Shown here: piece by piece, positions 1 to 5,849 of the stretch
How the letters are laid out: every line of letters begins with the position of its first letter
How positions within the stretch are numbered: position 1 is the first letter of the stretch
Origin: a virus
Direction: 5' to 3' (one strand)
Virus record (IMG/VR): IMGVR_UViG_3300045988_015272
Location: 1-19,601 of that record
Length of the DNA stretch: 19,601 nt
Position numbers and translations under genes: made by a program
Notes under the pieces: generated by a model
Told to the model about the DNA's origin: nothing
Databases searched by the model: none
Seen by the model: the letters and a program-made list of their open reading frames with translations, nothing else

Positions 1-77
1 CGAATGATGATTTTATTGAAGCGTTCGAGAATGCGTGATAGGTGATAAATAAAGCCCCTAGGTTTATTGCCTAGGGG
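1..77. repeat. Left inverted terminal repeat (77 bp perfect, imperfect to about 133)
   Basis: Bases 1-77 are the exact reverse complement of 19525-19601, with the first mismatch at 78. Similarity resumes with an indel through the -10 element at 125-133. The repeat contains the hairpin CCCCTAGG-N7-CCTAGGGG (55-77) followed by a T-run. ITRs at the extreme ends are the hallmark of protein-primed linear genomes. Confidence 0.95.
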
Positions 78-124
78 TTTTTTATATGTTGTTTGTTTTT
101 ACGGCGTGTTGTGTTTTTTGTTTG

Positions 125-133
125 TGCTATAAT
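125..133 (+). promoter_or_regulatory. Left-end early promoter, extended -10 (TGcTATAAT)
   Basis: An exact TGnTATAAT lies 36 nt upstream of the first RBS/ORF. It is homologous to the mirrored element at the right end. The -35 region is poor. Confidence 0.6.
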
Positions 134-168
134 AAAAAAAATCAACCACAAGGGAGGTAAATAAAAAA

Positions 169-411
169 ATGGAAAATTATAAGCAAATCGTAAAGGAAGC
201 TGGCGTTAGTATTGAGAGTGTGCGGGAATTGATGGCGCGCGCTTGCGTCAAGAGGGTTGAGACGCCATACTATCGCACTACCGAAGACGGGCGTAAGGTG
301 GACGCGGTTGAGGTGTTTTATGCCGTTTACGCTGATCATTGTTGTCCCGTCGTTGTCTTGGGAACTGGAGACACTATCGCGGAAGCGGTAGCTGAAGCCT
401 TGACTCACTGA
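169..411 (+). CDS. Hypothetical early protein (80 aa)
   Basis: ATG is preceded by AAGGGAGG and this is the first ORF downstream of the left promoter. No recognisable motifs. Confidence 0.7.
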   Translation: MENYKQIVKEAGVSIESVRELMARACVKRVETPYYRTTEDGRKVDAVEVFYAVYADHCCPVVVLGTGDTIAEAVAEALTH

Positions 412-426
412 ATTGGAGGTAAGCAA

Positions 427-657
427 ATGTGGTATTTTATCATCACTAATGATGGGTTTCAGGTTTTCGAGATTTTGCCTGATTGCGTGAAGCCTAGTGG
501 CATGTTCCGCACAACGTCGTTGAAAGCGTCATTGGACGGCATACTATCTCATATTCGAAACGCCTATGCGGGTGTGGATGTGGACGTGGATATTGACAAT
601 GCCACGTTTGACATGGATAGTACTATGGTTGGCATGGTTAAGGTGGTGTTGGTATAA
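427..657 (+). CDS. Hypothetical early protein (76 aa)
   Basis: GGAGG RBS 7 nt upstream. Tightly packed after the previous stop. Confidence 0.7.
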   Translation: MWYFIITNDGFQVFEILPDCVKPSGMFRTTSLKASLDGILSHIRNAYAGVDVDVDIDNATFDMDSTMVGMVKVVLV

Positions 658-658
658 T
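650..658 (+). promoter_or_regulatory. Possible internal extended -10 element (TGgTATAAT)
   Basis: Exact TGnTATAAT at the junction of two ORFs. It could be fortuitous, because it overlaps the TAATG stop/start. Confidence 0.25.
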
Positions 659-824
659 GGTTGGCATGATTGTTGCCGTCTGCATACTTTCTGTACTGTT
701 TCTCACGATGGCTGCTGCGGTGTTTTGCGAACTGCCGCGTGATTGGCGTGACACGTTTTGTTTTTTGGTCATGCTTGCGGTAAGTGTGGCTATGGTTTTG
801 GTTTTTGTTGTGAAAGGTTTTTGA
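657..824 (+). CDS. Small membrane protein (55 aa, two hydrophobic helices), absent from the ORF track
   Basis: Hand translation gives MVGMIVAVCILSVLFLTMAAAVFCELPRDWRDTFCFLVMLAVSVAMVLVFVVKGF. The start overlaps the previous stop (TAATG). The stop at 822-824 lies 1 nt before the next ATG and exactly fills the gap. Confidence 0.55.
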   Translation: MVGMIVAVCILSVLFLTMAAAVFCELPRDWRDTFCFLVMLAVSVAMVLVFVVKGF

Positions 825-825
825 A

Positions 826-1071
826 ATGGCTGAACATGATATGAAGGTTGCTACGTTTTCCTCGCAGTTTGTGGGGGGTAATGTGGAATTATGGTATTGT
901 CCTCACGGTCAACGGTATGAGCTGAGGTATGCCGTCCGATTCCGTACTTCGGTCGGGTTTTGCAATGCGACTGCATTGTGTGCGTATGACGCGGGTGATG
1001 GTAGTCAGGTGGTTGATCTTATGCTGGACGCCATCGATATTGCACGAACTCCACTATTAGATAGGGATTAG
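826..1071 (+). CDS. Hypothetical early protein (81 aa)
   Basis: ORF is contiguous with its neighbours. No recognisable motifs. Confidence 0.65.
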   Translation: MAEHDMKVATFSSQFVGGNVELWYCPHGQRYELRYAVRFRTSVGFCNATALCAYDAGDGSQVVDLMLDAIDIARTPLLDRD

Positions 1072-1073
1072 TC

Positions 1074-1277
1074 ATGTATTTTCGTGGCTGGGTGCATTCA
1101 TGGACTTGTAAGGACTGTGTTTATGCGGACGTGTATTGGCGTTTGCGTGCGTTTTGGGCGGGAGCGAAACGCAAGGGTGACGCTTTCACGCCACCGAAAC
1201 GGTGTCCGAGTATGGACTTGTGGTTTGACATATGGTGGCTCGGTGCCGAGTCTGATAGTGAGGAATTGGAGTTTTAA
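1074..1277 (+). CDS. Hypothetical early protein (67 aa, Trp/Cys-rich)
   Basis: Starts 2 nt after the previous stop and ends 2 nt before the next ATG. This frame is preferred over the overlapping 1084..1323 frame because of that packing. Confidence 0.5.
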   Translation: MYFRGWVHSWTCKDCVYADVYWRLRAFWAGAKRKGDAFTPPKRCPSMDLWFDIWWLGAESDSEELEF

Positions 1278-1279
1278 TC

Positions 1280-1456
1280 ATGTACGAAACGTTTGTTGCA
1301 TTGGCGTATTTGAGACATGGTGATAAACCCCCTATCGAAGTGGGGTATGCCACCTCATACGATAAGGCCGCTGAGCTGATTCGGAAGTGGGCGGCAGTAC
1401 CCGCACACACGAGAAATATCGCATATTTTAAAGTGGAGAGGCGCTATTATGTTTAA
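1280..1456 (+). CDS. Hypothetical early protein (58 aa), absent from the ORF track
   Basis: Hand translation gives MYETFVALAYLRHGDKPPIEVGYATSYDKAAELIRKWAAVPAHTRNIAYFKVERRYYV. GGAG lies upstream. The ORF overlaps the next start by 8 nt and fills an otherwise empty 170-nt gap. Confidence 0.5.
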   Translation: MYETFVALAYLRHGDKPPIEVGYATSYDKAAELIRKWAAVPAHTRNIAYFKVERRYYV

Positions 1457-1967
1457 TCGTGGCAATGACCGGACGCCGATCTATCGTATGCGCCGGTTTG
1501 ATGATGCGATCATGGAATCGCCACGTATTGTCAAGGCTACGAAAGGCCGGAAACGTGAGCTGAATCTGAAACGGTACGATAAGGGGTACGGGGATTTTGA
1601 AACATGCTGCCGTGCCGTAAATATGCTATGCGAACTGTGGCGCGACGGGGCTAGCACATGGTTTACACAAGCGGTGATAACGGTATCGCAGATTTGCGGG
1701 AGCATGACCATATCGGACGGGTTTTCCGCCGCCCTGTCCAGAACGTATGATGTGGAATACTTGGACGGTCACATCAACCCGCCTAATCTGATTGCATGGT
1801 GTGCCGTCTGCGCGGTCAAGGGTTGCACGTCATATGATTGCTGTACGGTTTTTGATAGTCCACAGGCTCAAAATCTGATTATCGCCGTTTTTAAGAATTT
1901 TGACAGACTAGACATGACACGGTATAATGATGATGAATTGCAAAAAATCTTACTACAAGGGAGGTAA
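1449..1967 (+). CDS. Hypothetical early protein (172 aa) with a Cys cluster (CAVCAVKGCTSYDCC)
   Basis: GGAGAGG RBS 8 nt upstream. No family recognised. Confidence 0.7.
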   Translation: MFNRGNDRTPIYRMRRFDDAIMESPRIVKATKGRKRELNLKRYDKGYGDFETCCRAVNMLCELWRDGASTWFTQAVITVSQICGSMTISDGFSAALSRTYDVEYLDGHINPPNLIAWCAVCAVKGCTSYDCCTVFDSPQAQNLIIAVFKNFDRLDMTRYNDDELQKILLQGR

Positions 1968-2287
1968 TGCATATGGCTAGGACCAAAACCGATATTTTCC
2001 GCACGCGCGTGTATGCCGTGCTTAAGGGCATGGAGCTTGTTGACGGCGATTTTATGGAAGCCGAGCATGTCATCGACGGGCGACTTAAGGATGCGCGTGC
2101 GTATTCGATTCGCGCGAAGAAATTGTTTCCTAACTTCATCCCCCGTTCTATTCACATTTTTTCGCAAAAAGTCTCGATGAATGAGGAAACTTTTTACAAG
2201 TATGCGACTTTCGGGGAGCCGCAAGAGTGGGACCCCGAAGAGCATACAAAACGACACGCCGAAATTGAAAATAATGACGGTATGTGA
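1967..2287 (+). CDS. Hypothetical early protein (106 aa, or 104 aa from ATG 1973)
   Basis: AAGGGAGG at 1957-1964. The in-frame ATG at 1973 has better spacing than the ATG at 1967. Confidence 0.7.
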   Translation: MHMARTKTDIFRTRVYAVLKGMELVDGDFMEAEHVIDGRLKDARAYSIRAKKLFPNFIPRSIHIFSQKVSMNEETFYKYATFGEPQEWDPEEHTKRHAEIENNDGM

Positions 2288-2293
2288 TATAAA
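2285..2293 (+). promoter_or_regulatory. Possible extended -10 promoter (TGaTATAAA)
   Basis: Near-consensus element in the 62-nt gap upstream of the strongly RBS-ed gene at 2350. Confidence 0.35.
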
Positions 2294-2349
2294 AGATTTT
2301 AGGCATAAGCCTGAAAACAAAAACAATAACCATAAGGGAAGGAAATAAA

Positions 2350-2787
2350 ATGGAAAACACCAATACCGCACTCGTAGCATTCAATACCGAAAGCACCGAA
2401 CTCGGCACCGTCCAGCATTTCATCGACACTTCCACTCGCGAAGGCAAAATCAAGCTCTACTCGGCACTACAGAACGCCGAAAAGCTCGACGAACATTTGA
2501 ACGAAACACTGAACATGGTGAATGCCGTCGCACAGGCCGTACAGGTGACGGATGACCAGACTGGCGAAATCTCCAATACCGTGCGCGTCATCATCGTAAC
2601 CGATGACAACAAGGCGTATGCGGCCACCTCTCCCACTCTCGCTGCCGGATTGAACACCATGTTCGGCATTTTTGGAACCCCGAACACTTGGGAGGCACCG
2701 CTTGCTATCAAGGTGGTGGAACGTCGCTCCCGCCGTGGCTTCAAGTTTTTCAGCATCGAGCCGGTGGACGAAGAGAAAACCAAGTGA
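2350..2787 (+). CDS. Putative single-stranded DNA-binding protein (phage SSB-like, 145 aa)
   Basis: The CDS call is strong (AAGGGAAGGA RBS, its own flanking signals). The function is tentative. It rests on the position just upstream of the terminal protein and polymerase genes, as in phi29. It also rests on the pattern VTDDQTGE..VRVIIVTDDNKAY..S..L...L..MFGIFG.P..W..P, which I recall from Gram-positive phage SSB families. Confidence 0.5.
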   Translation: MENTNTALVAFNTESTELGTVQHFIDTSTREGKIKLYSALQNAEKLDEHLNETLNMVNAVAQAVQVTDDQTGEISNTVRVIIVTDDNKAYAATSPTLAAGLNTMFGIFGTPNTWEAPLAIKVVERRSRRGFKFFSIEPVDEEKTK

Positions 2788-2790
2788 ACT

Positions 2791-2799
2791 TGCTATAAT
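2791..2799 (+). promoter_or_regulatory. Extended -10 promoter (TGcTATAAT) upstream of the replication genes
   Basis: Nine bases identical to the elements at 125-133 and 5309-5317. It lies 4 nt after the stop of the upstream gene. Confidence 0.5.
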
Positions 2800-2822
2800 C
2801 GTTAAGTAGCGTTCGATCATAG

Positions 2823-2846
2823 AGAGCACCCAATCTTGGGTGCTCT
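2823..2846 (+). terminator. 10-bp hairpin (AGAGCACCCA-ATCT-TGGGTGCTCT) with no strong U-tract
   Basis: Perfect stem read directly from the sequence. It lies downstream of the -10 element, so it may be a 5'-UTR stabiliser or weak terminator rather than a full stop. Confidence 0.4.
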
Positions 2847-2869
2847 TGCCATCTTAAGAGGTGTGCACC

Positions 2870-3835
2870 ATGTCCCGTAGCCGGAATCAAAAGCATGTCA
2901 AGGCACGTCAAGCGGCGCAAGCACGCGCCGCACGCAATATCAAACAACTTGGCTCTTACTCCCGCTCGAATCTCGCAAAAACCGCCGATAAACAATTGGT
3001 CAATATCGCAAAAACCTTGGGCAAAGAGTGGGAGCGGCAGAAGAGACAGGCCATAGCGGAAGCGAAAAGCACGCCATACCATGCCACCGCCGTTGAAAAG
3101 CCGACGAAAAAAGACATTATGTTTGCCCAACGCACGCCCATCACGAATGCTCAGATCGAAGCGGAACCGGTGGCGAAACGGCGCAAGCTATTGCGGCAGC
3201 AGCAGCGTAAAATCAATGCGGCACGACGGAAAATCAACGAATGGAACAAGGCGCAGGCAATGCCGCAACGCAGTGTGTATGACCAGCGTATATCCGAGAT
3301 CACCGGCACTACCGGTGAGGGTTTCGGACGCACTCAGATCATCCCGTCAAAGCTCACTGATTTTTTGCAGATGACCAACGTATTGAGTGATGAAGCATTC
3401 GTGCGCTCCCAATTGGAGAGCGGTCACCGTAAGGAGCTGCTTGAGCAAATGCATGATGCAGCCGAAATCTTAGGATTGCGCACCGAACAGAAACGCAAGT
3501 CTAAAAGACAGGGGACGGGCAAAAAGAGTACAGACCTGTACGGTGAGCACGAGTGGCCGTCCTATATGAGTCGCGGACGTTACGAAGTGTTCGAAAAAAT
3601 CTTGGCAACCTCACTCGGTTCGAAACGATTGAAACGATTCCGTCAACTATCCGCAGCGCAAAAGAGAGCGTTTATCGAACAGACGGACGCCCCCCGAATC
3701 GTGTTCGATTGGACGGTGTATGACCCCGTTCGACACGGTTTCACGTCGATTTTCAAGGGCAGCAGTGAGGGCTATCAGCGCTCAAGACGGCAATTTGACC
3801 GGTGGATGTCGGAAGCTGGCGCACTGGAAAAGTAG
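2870..3835 (+). CDS. Putative terminal protein (321 aa, very basic)
   Basis: Lies immediately upstream of, and abutting, the protein-primed-type polymerase gene, which is the phi29 gene 3/gene 2 arrangement. It is K/R-rich (e.g. KRRKLLRQQQRKINAARRKINEWNK). AAGAGG RBS lies 8 nt before ATG 2870; the track start at 2861 is GTG. The call is by synteny only. Confidence 0.45.
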   Translation: MSRSRNQKHVKARQAAQARAARNIKQLGSYSRSNLAKTADKQLVNIAKTLGKEWERQKRQAIAEAKSTPYHATAVEKPTKKDIMFAQRTPITNAQIEAEPVAKRRKLLRQQQRKINAARRKINEWNKAQAMPQRSVYDQRISEITGTTGEGFGRTQIIPSKLTDFLQMTNVLSDEAFVRSQLESGHRKELLEQMHDAAEILGLRTEQKRKSKRQGTGKKSTDLYGEHEWPSYMSRGRYEVFEKILATSLGSKRLKRFRQLSAAQKRAFIEQTDAPRIVFDWTVYDPVRHGFTSIFKGSSEGYQRSRRQFDRWMSEAGALEK

Positions 3836-3864
3836 CGGTCAGCAACAAAGGGAAGTTATATACT

Positions 3865-5316
3865 ATGACAGTGAGTGATAATAGGGTGGGATTATGGTGC
3901 GCGGATAACGTCATACGCTGCACGGACGGCACCGTGCTGCGTGACGTTATCCAACCTAACCGTCTTTTGGCGTCCATCATGGCGGGAGGTAAACTCACTG
4001 TCTACGTGAGCAACCCCGACATTTTAGACCCGTTTATCGCACATGTCGTACACTCGCTCCCTCACGATGAGCATAATGCGAATTTGAGCTGGGATGCCAT
4101 CGTTTCCAAAAAGGGCAAGTTTTTTAGTTTTACGGTGCGTATCGACCGTGAGAATTCCGCACGGTTTTTCGATATTTCGAATCTTTTGCGAGAAAACTGC
4201 AAGCTTACCATGAACGATACTCAACTGCTCAACATATTACGTGAGTATGATCATCGCGGCCTATGCAAGATCACCGCAGGTGGGGCGAGTATGGAAGCGT
4301 TCGCGTCCGGCGAGTGGAAATGGTATTACGACAAATTCCCACAATTGGAATCGGACGCCAAAAAATCATTGCATGACGCCTATATCGGCGGATTCATGGT
4401 TTCGAAAGAGGGGGCATACGGTAAGGCTATTGACGTTGACTGCAATAGCATGTATCCGAGCATATTGCGGGACGAATGGCTCCCATGGGGGCTACCTGAA
4501 TCATATGACGGTGCGTATGTGCAGGATGATGATATGCCGTTGCATTGCGACGAATTGACATTTCGTGCCGAACTCAAACCAAACGGATACCCTTTTTTGC
4601 TCGACAATCGTAGCGTCTATGGACTGAATCGCCTCACCAGCACTAGGGGGTATGTGACAAGAGTATTGACTGACATTGACCAAAAACTGCTCTGCGAGAA
4701 TTACGAAGTGAGCATATACAAGCATGCGCGGGGGTGGAAGTTCCGGCAAAGCAAGGGGTTTTTTAGATCGTTCGTCGACGAATGGGGGGACTTGAAGCAG
4801 AAGGCGACGGGCGAAAAACGACAAACGGCCAAACTGGTCATGAATGCTTTAGTGGGGAAAATGGCAAGTCTACCCAAAGGTGCCGTCATGCTCCCCATGT
4901 CAAAAGACGGCATAACCCTTGACTGGAATATCGCACGACGCGAAGAATCGAATCTGAAAACCGACTACCTCCCCATACCCGTATGGGTCAACGCCTATGC
5001 CCGTCGCAAACTCATGGACGTCTGCCATGCCAATTCCGATAGGTTGCTGTATGCCAATACGGACGGGTGCATCCTATCCGGCTGGGAGCCGGTGGACTCA
5101 TGTGAAATCCACCCTACCGAGCTGGGCAAGTGGAAAATCGCAGCCCGATACGAAAAACTGACCATACTTGGAATGAACCGATATCAGGGGTGGAAGGATG
5201 ATGGGGACGTTGATATCTGCATGGCCGGAAGCCAATTTACGCAGCCCATCCCTTACGATCGGTTTCGTCATGGCGTGCAAGTCATGGACGATTACGGGAC
5301 AATGGTTATGCTATAA
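3865..5316 (+). CDS. Family-B DNA polymerase, protein-primed (phi29 gp2-like)
   Basis: Motif A is DVDCNSMYP, motif B is KLVMNALVGK and motif C is YANTDG. The blocks ITAGGAS and DAYIGGF align by eye with phi29 MTAGSDS and YAYRGGF. The A-to-B and B-to-C spacers have phi29-like length, consistent with TPR1/TPR2. ATG 3865 (AAAGGGAAG RBS) is preferred to ATG 3802, which has no RBS and overlaps the upstream gene. Confidence 0.9.
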   Translation: MTVSDNRVGLWCADNVIRCTDGTVLRDVIQPNRLLASIMAGGKLTVYVSNPDILDPFIAHVVHSLPHDEHNANLSWDAIVSKKGKFFSFTVRIDRENSARFFDISNLLRENCKLTMNDTQLLNILREYDHRGLCKITAGGASMEAFASGEWKWYYDKFPQLESDAKKSLHDAYIGGFMVSKEGAYGKAIDVDCNSMYPSILRDEWLPWGLPESYDGAYVQDDDMPLHCDELTFRAELKPNGYPFLLDNRSVYGLNRLTSTRGYVTRVLTDIDQKLLCENYEVSIYKHARGWKFRQSKGFFRSFVDEWGDLKQKATGEKRQTAKLVMNALVGKMASLPKGAVMLPMSKDGITLDWNIARREESNLKTDYLPIPVWVNAYARRKLMDVCHANSDRLLYANTDGCILSGWEPVDSCEIHPTELGKWKIAARYEKLTILGMNRYQGWKDDGDVDICMAGSQFTQPIPYDRFRHGVQVMDDYGTMVML

Positions 5317-5317
5317 T
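5309..5317 (+). promoter_or_regulatory. Extended -10 promoter (TGcTATAAT) overlapping the polymerase stop codon
   Basis: Exact TGnTATAAT. The predicted transcription start is about 5323-5325, at the base of the long-range helix described for the ncRNA. Confidence 0.55.
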
Positions 5318-5322
5318 AGTTG

Positions 5323-5491
5323 TGTCTTGTGAGCGTCGATTTTCGACTGGGAGCAACATAGGTTGGACTGCCACGGCTGAGAATGCCGCCGACCATGGAA
5401 TCACTATCGTGGCGGTAGTGCCCTACGATCATCACTTTTGCGCTCCGATAGGACGATTCAGACCCTCCGTGATTGGAGGGTCATTTTATTT
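5323..5491 (+). ncRNA. Candidate structured small RNA (~170 nt), proposed phi29-type packaging RNA (pRNA)
   Basis: The 230-nt gap has no RBS-led ORF and is bounded by a promoter (5309-5317) and an intrinsic terminator (5461-5491). Hand-folded helices are as follows. The 5'/3' helix pairs 5324-5335 with 5441-5454 (12 bp, 2 GU, 2-nt bulge). The C/E-like arm pairs 5361-5366 with 5389-5394 and 5374-5377 with 5385-5388, leaving a 5' bulge ACUGCCA. The D-like hairpin pairs 5402-5408 with 5414-5420 and has loop GUGGC, which is complementary to bulge GCCA(C). Confidence 0.5.
5461..5491 (+). terminator. Intrinsic terminator (8-bp GC-rich stem, loop GTGATT, then ATTTTATTT)
   Basis: GACCCTCC (5461-5468) pairs with GGAGGGTC (5475-5482) and is followed by a U-rich tract. 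Confidence 0.7.
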
Positions 5492-5502
5492 CCCCCGCAG
5501 CA

Positions 5503-5511
5503 TGATATAAT
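5503..5511 (+). promoter_or_regulatory. Late (morphogenesis) promoter, extended -10 (TGaTATAAT)
   Basis: Exact TGnTATAAT 36 nt upstream of the scaffold gene and directly after the terminator. Confidence 0.55.
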
Positions 5512-5546
5512 TTTGGTGGAAATATTACCTATCGTAAGGAGCTTGC

Positions 5547-5828
5547 ATGGCAGACCCAAACAATGAGAGCGACGAAAACACCACCCCGCCGCCCACTGAA
5601 GAAGAGAAGCAGACTGAAACCGTCGATGACGAAATCAAGCCGAAAGAGCCTGAGCAGGAACCGGAACCGTCCGAACCGGATGTGAGCGCGCGACTTGACT
5701 CGATCGAAAAGGAATTGGCCGCATTGAAAGCCATGATGGACACGCTCGGATATACCGACCCCGCCCCGTCCGACAATGACGGTGACGATGATGAAACGCA
5801 AGAGTCCATCGAAGATTTGTTCGACTAA
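5547..5828 (+). CDS. Putative scaffolding protein (93 aa, highly acidic, helical core)
   Basis: Lies immediately upstream of the major capsid gene, like phi29 gp7, and is similar in size. The termini are D/E/P-rich around a central LDSIEKELAALKAMMDTL helix. AAGGAG RBS. Confidence 0.6.
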   Translation: MADPNNESDENTTPPPTEEEKQTETVDDEIKPKEPEQEPEPSEPDVSARLDSIEKELAALKAMMDTLGYTDPAPSDNDGDDDETQESIEDLFD

Positions 5829-5849
5829 AAATAGTTAGGAGATAATATA

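Noticed and set aside
1084-1323. 79-aa ORF overlapping 1074..1277 in another frame
   Set aside because: The product is Arg/Cys-rich and looks like an out-of-frame translation. It breaks the tight stop/start packing that the 1074 and 1280 frames satisfy.
2294-2349. Small AGGC-ATAA-GCCT stem in the leader of the SSB-like gene
   Set aside because: Only 4 bp, which is too weak to call as a structure.
3802-3864. Upstream ATG for the DNA polymerase, overlapping the upstream gene by 34 nt
   Set aside because: No RBS precedes it, and the added 21 residues supply no polymerase or exonuclease motif. It is kept as an alternative start only.
5393-5398. CCATGG palindrome in the candidate RNA as a possible self-dimerisation site
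   Set aside because: A 6-nt palindrome is expected by chance, and it overlaps the 3' strand of the proposed C helix.
5399-5474. 6-nt complementarity between AAUCAC (5399-5404) and the terminator loop GUGAUU (5469-5474) in the candidate RNA
   Set aside because: Half of the AAUCAC site is already paired in the proposed D-like hairpin. The bulge/loop GCCA-UGGC pair fits the pRNA analogy better. I noted it but did not rely on it.
5322-5510. 62-aa + strand ORF in the polymerase-scaffold gap
   Set aside because: It starts with GTG and has no Shine-Dalgarno. It runs straight through the intrinsic terminator hairpin and lies in a region better explained as structured RNA.
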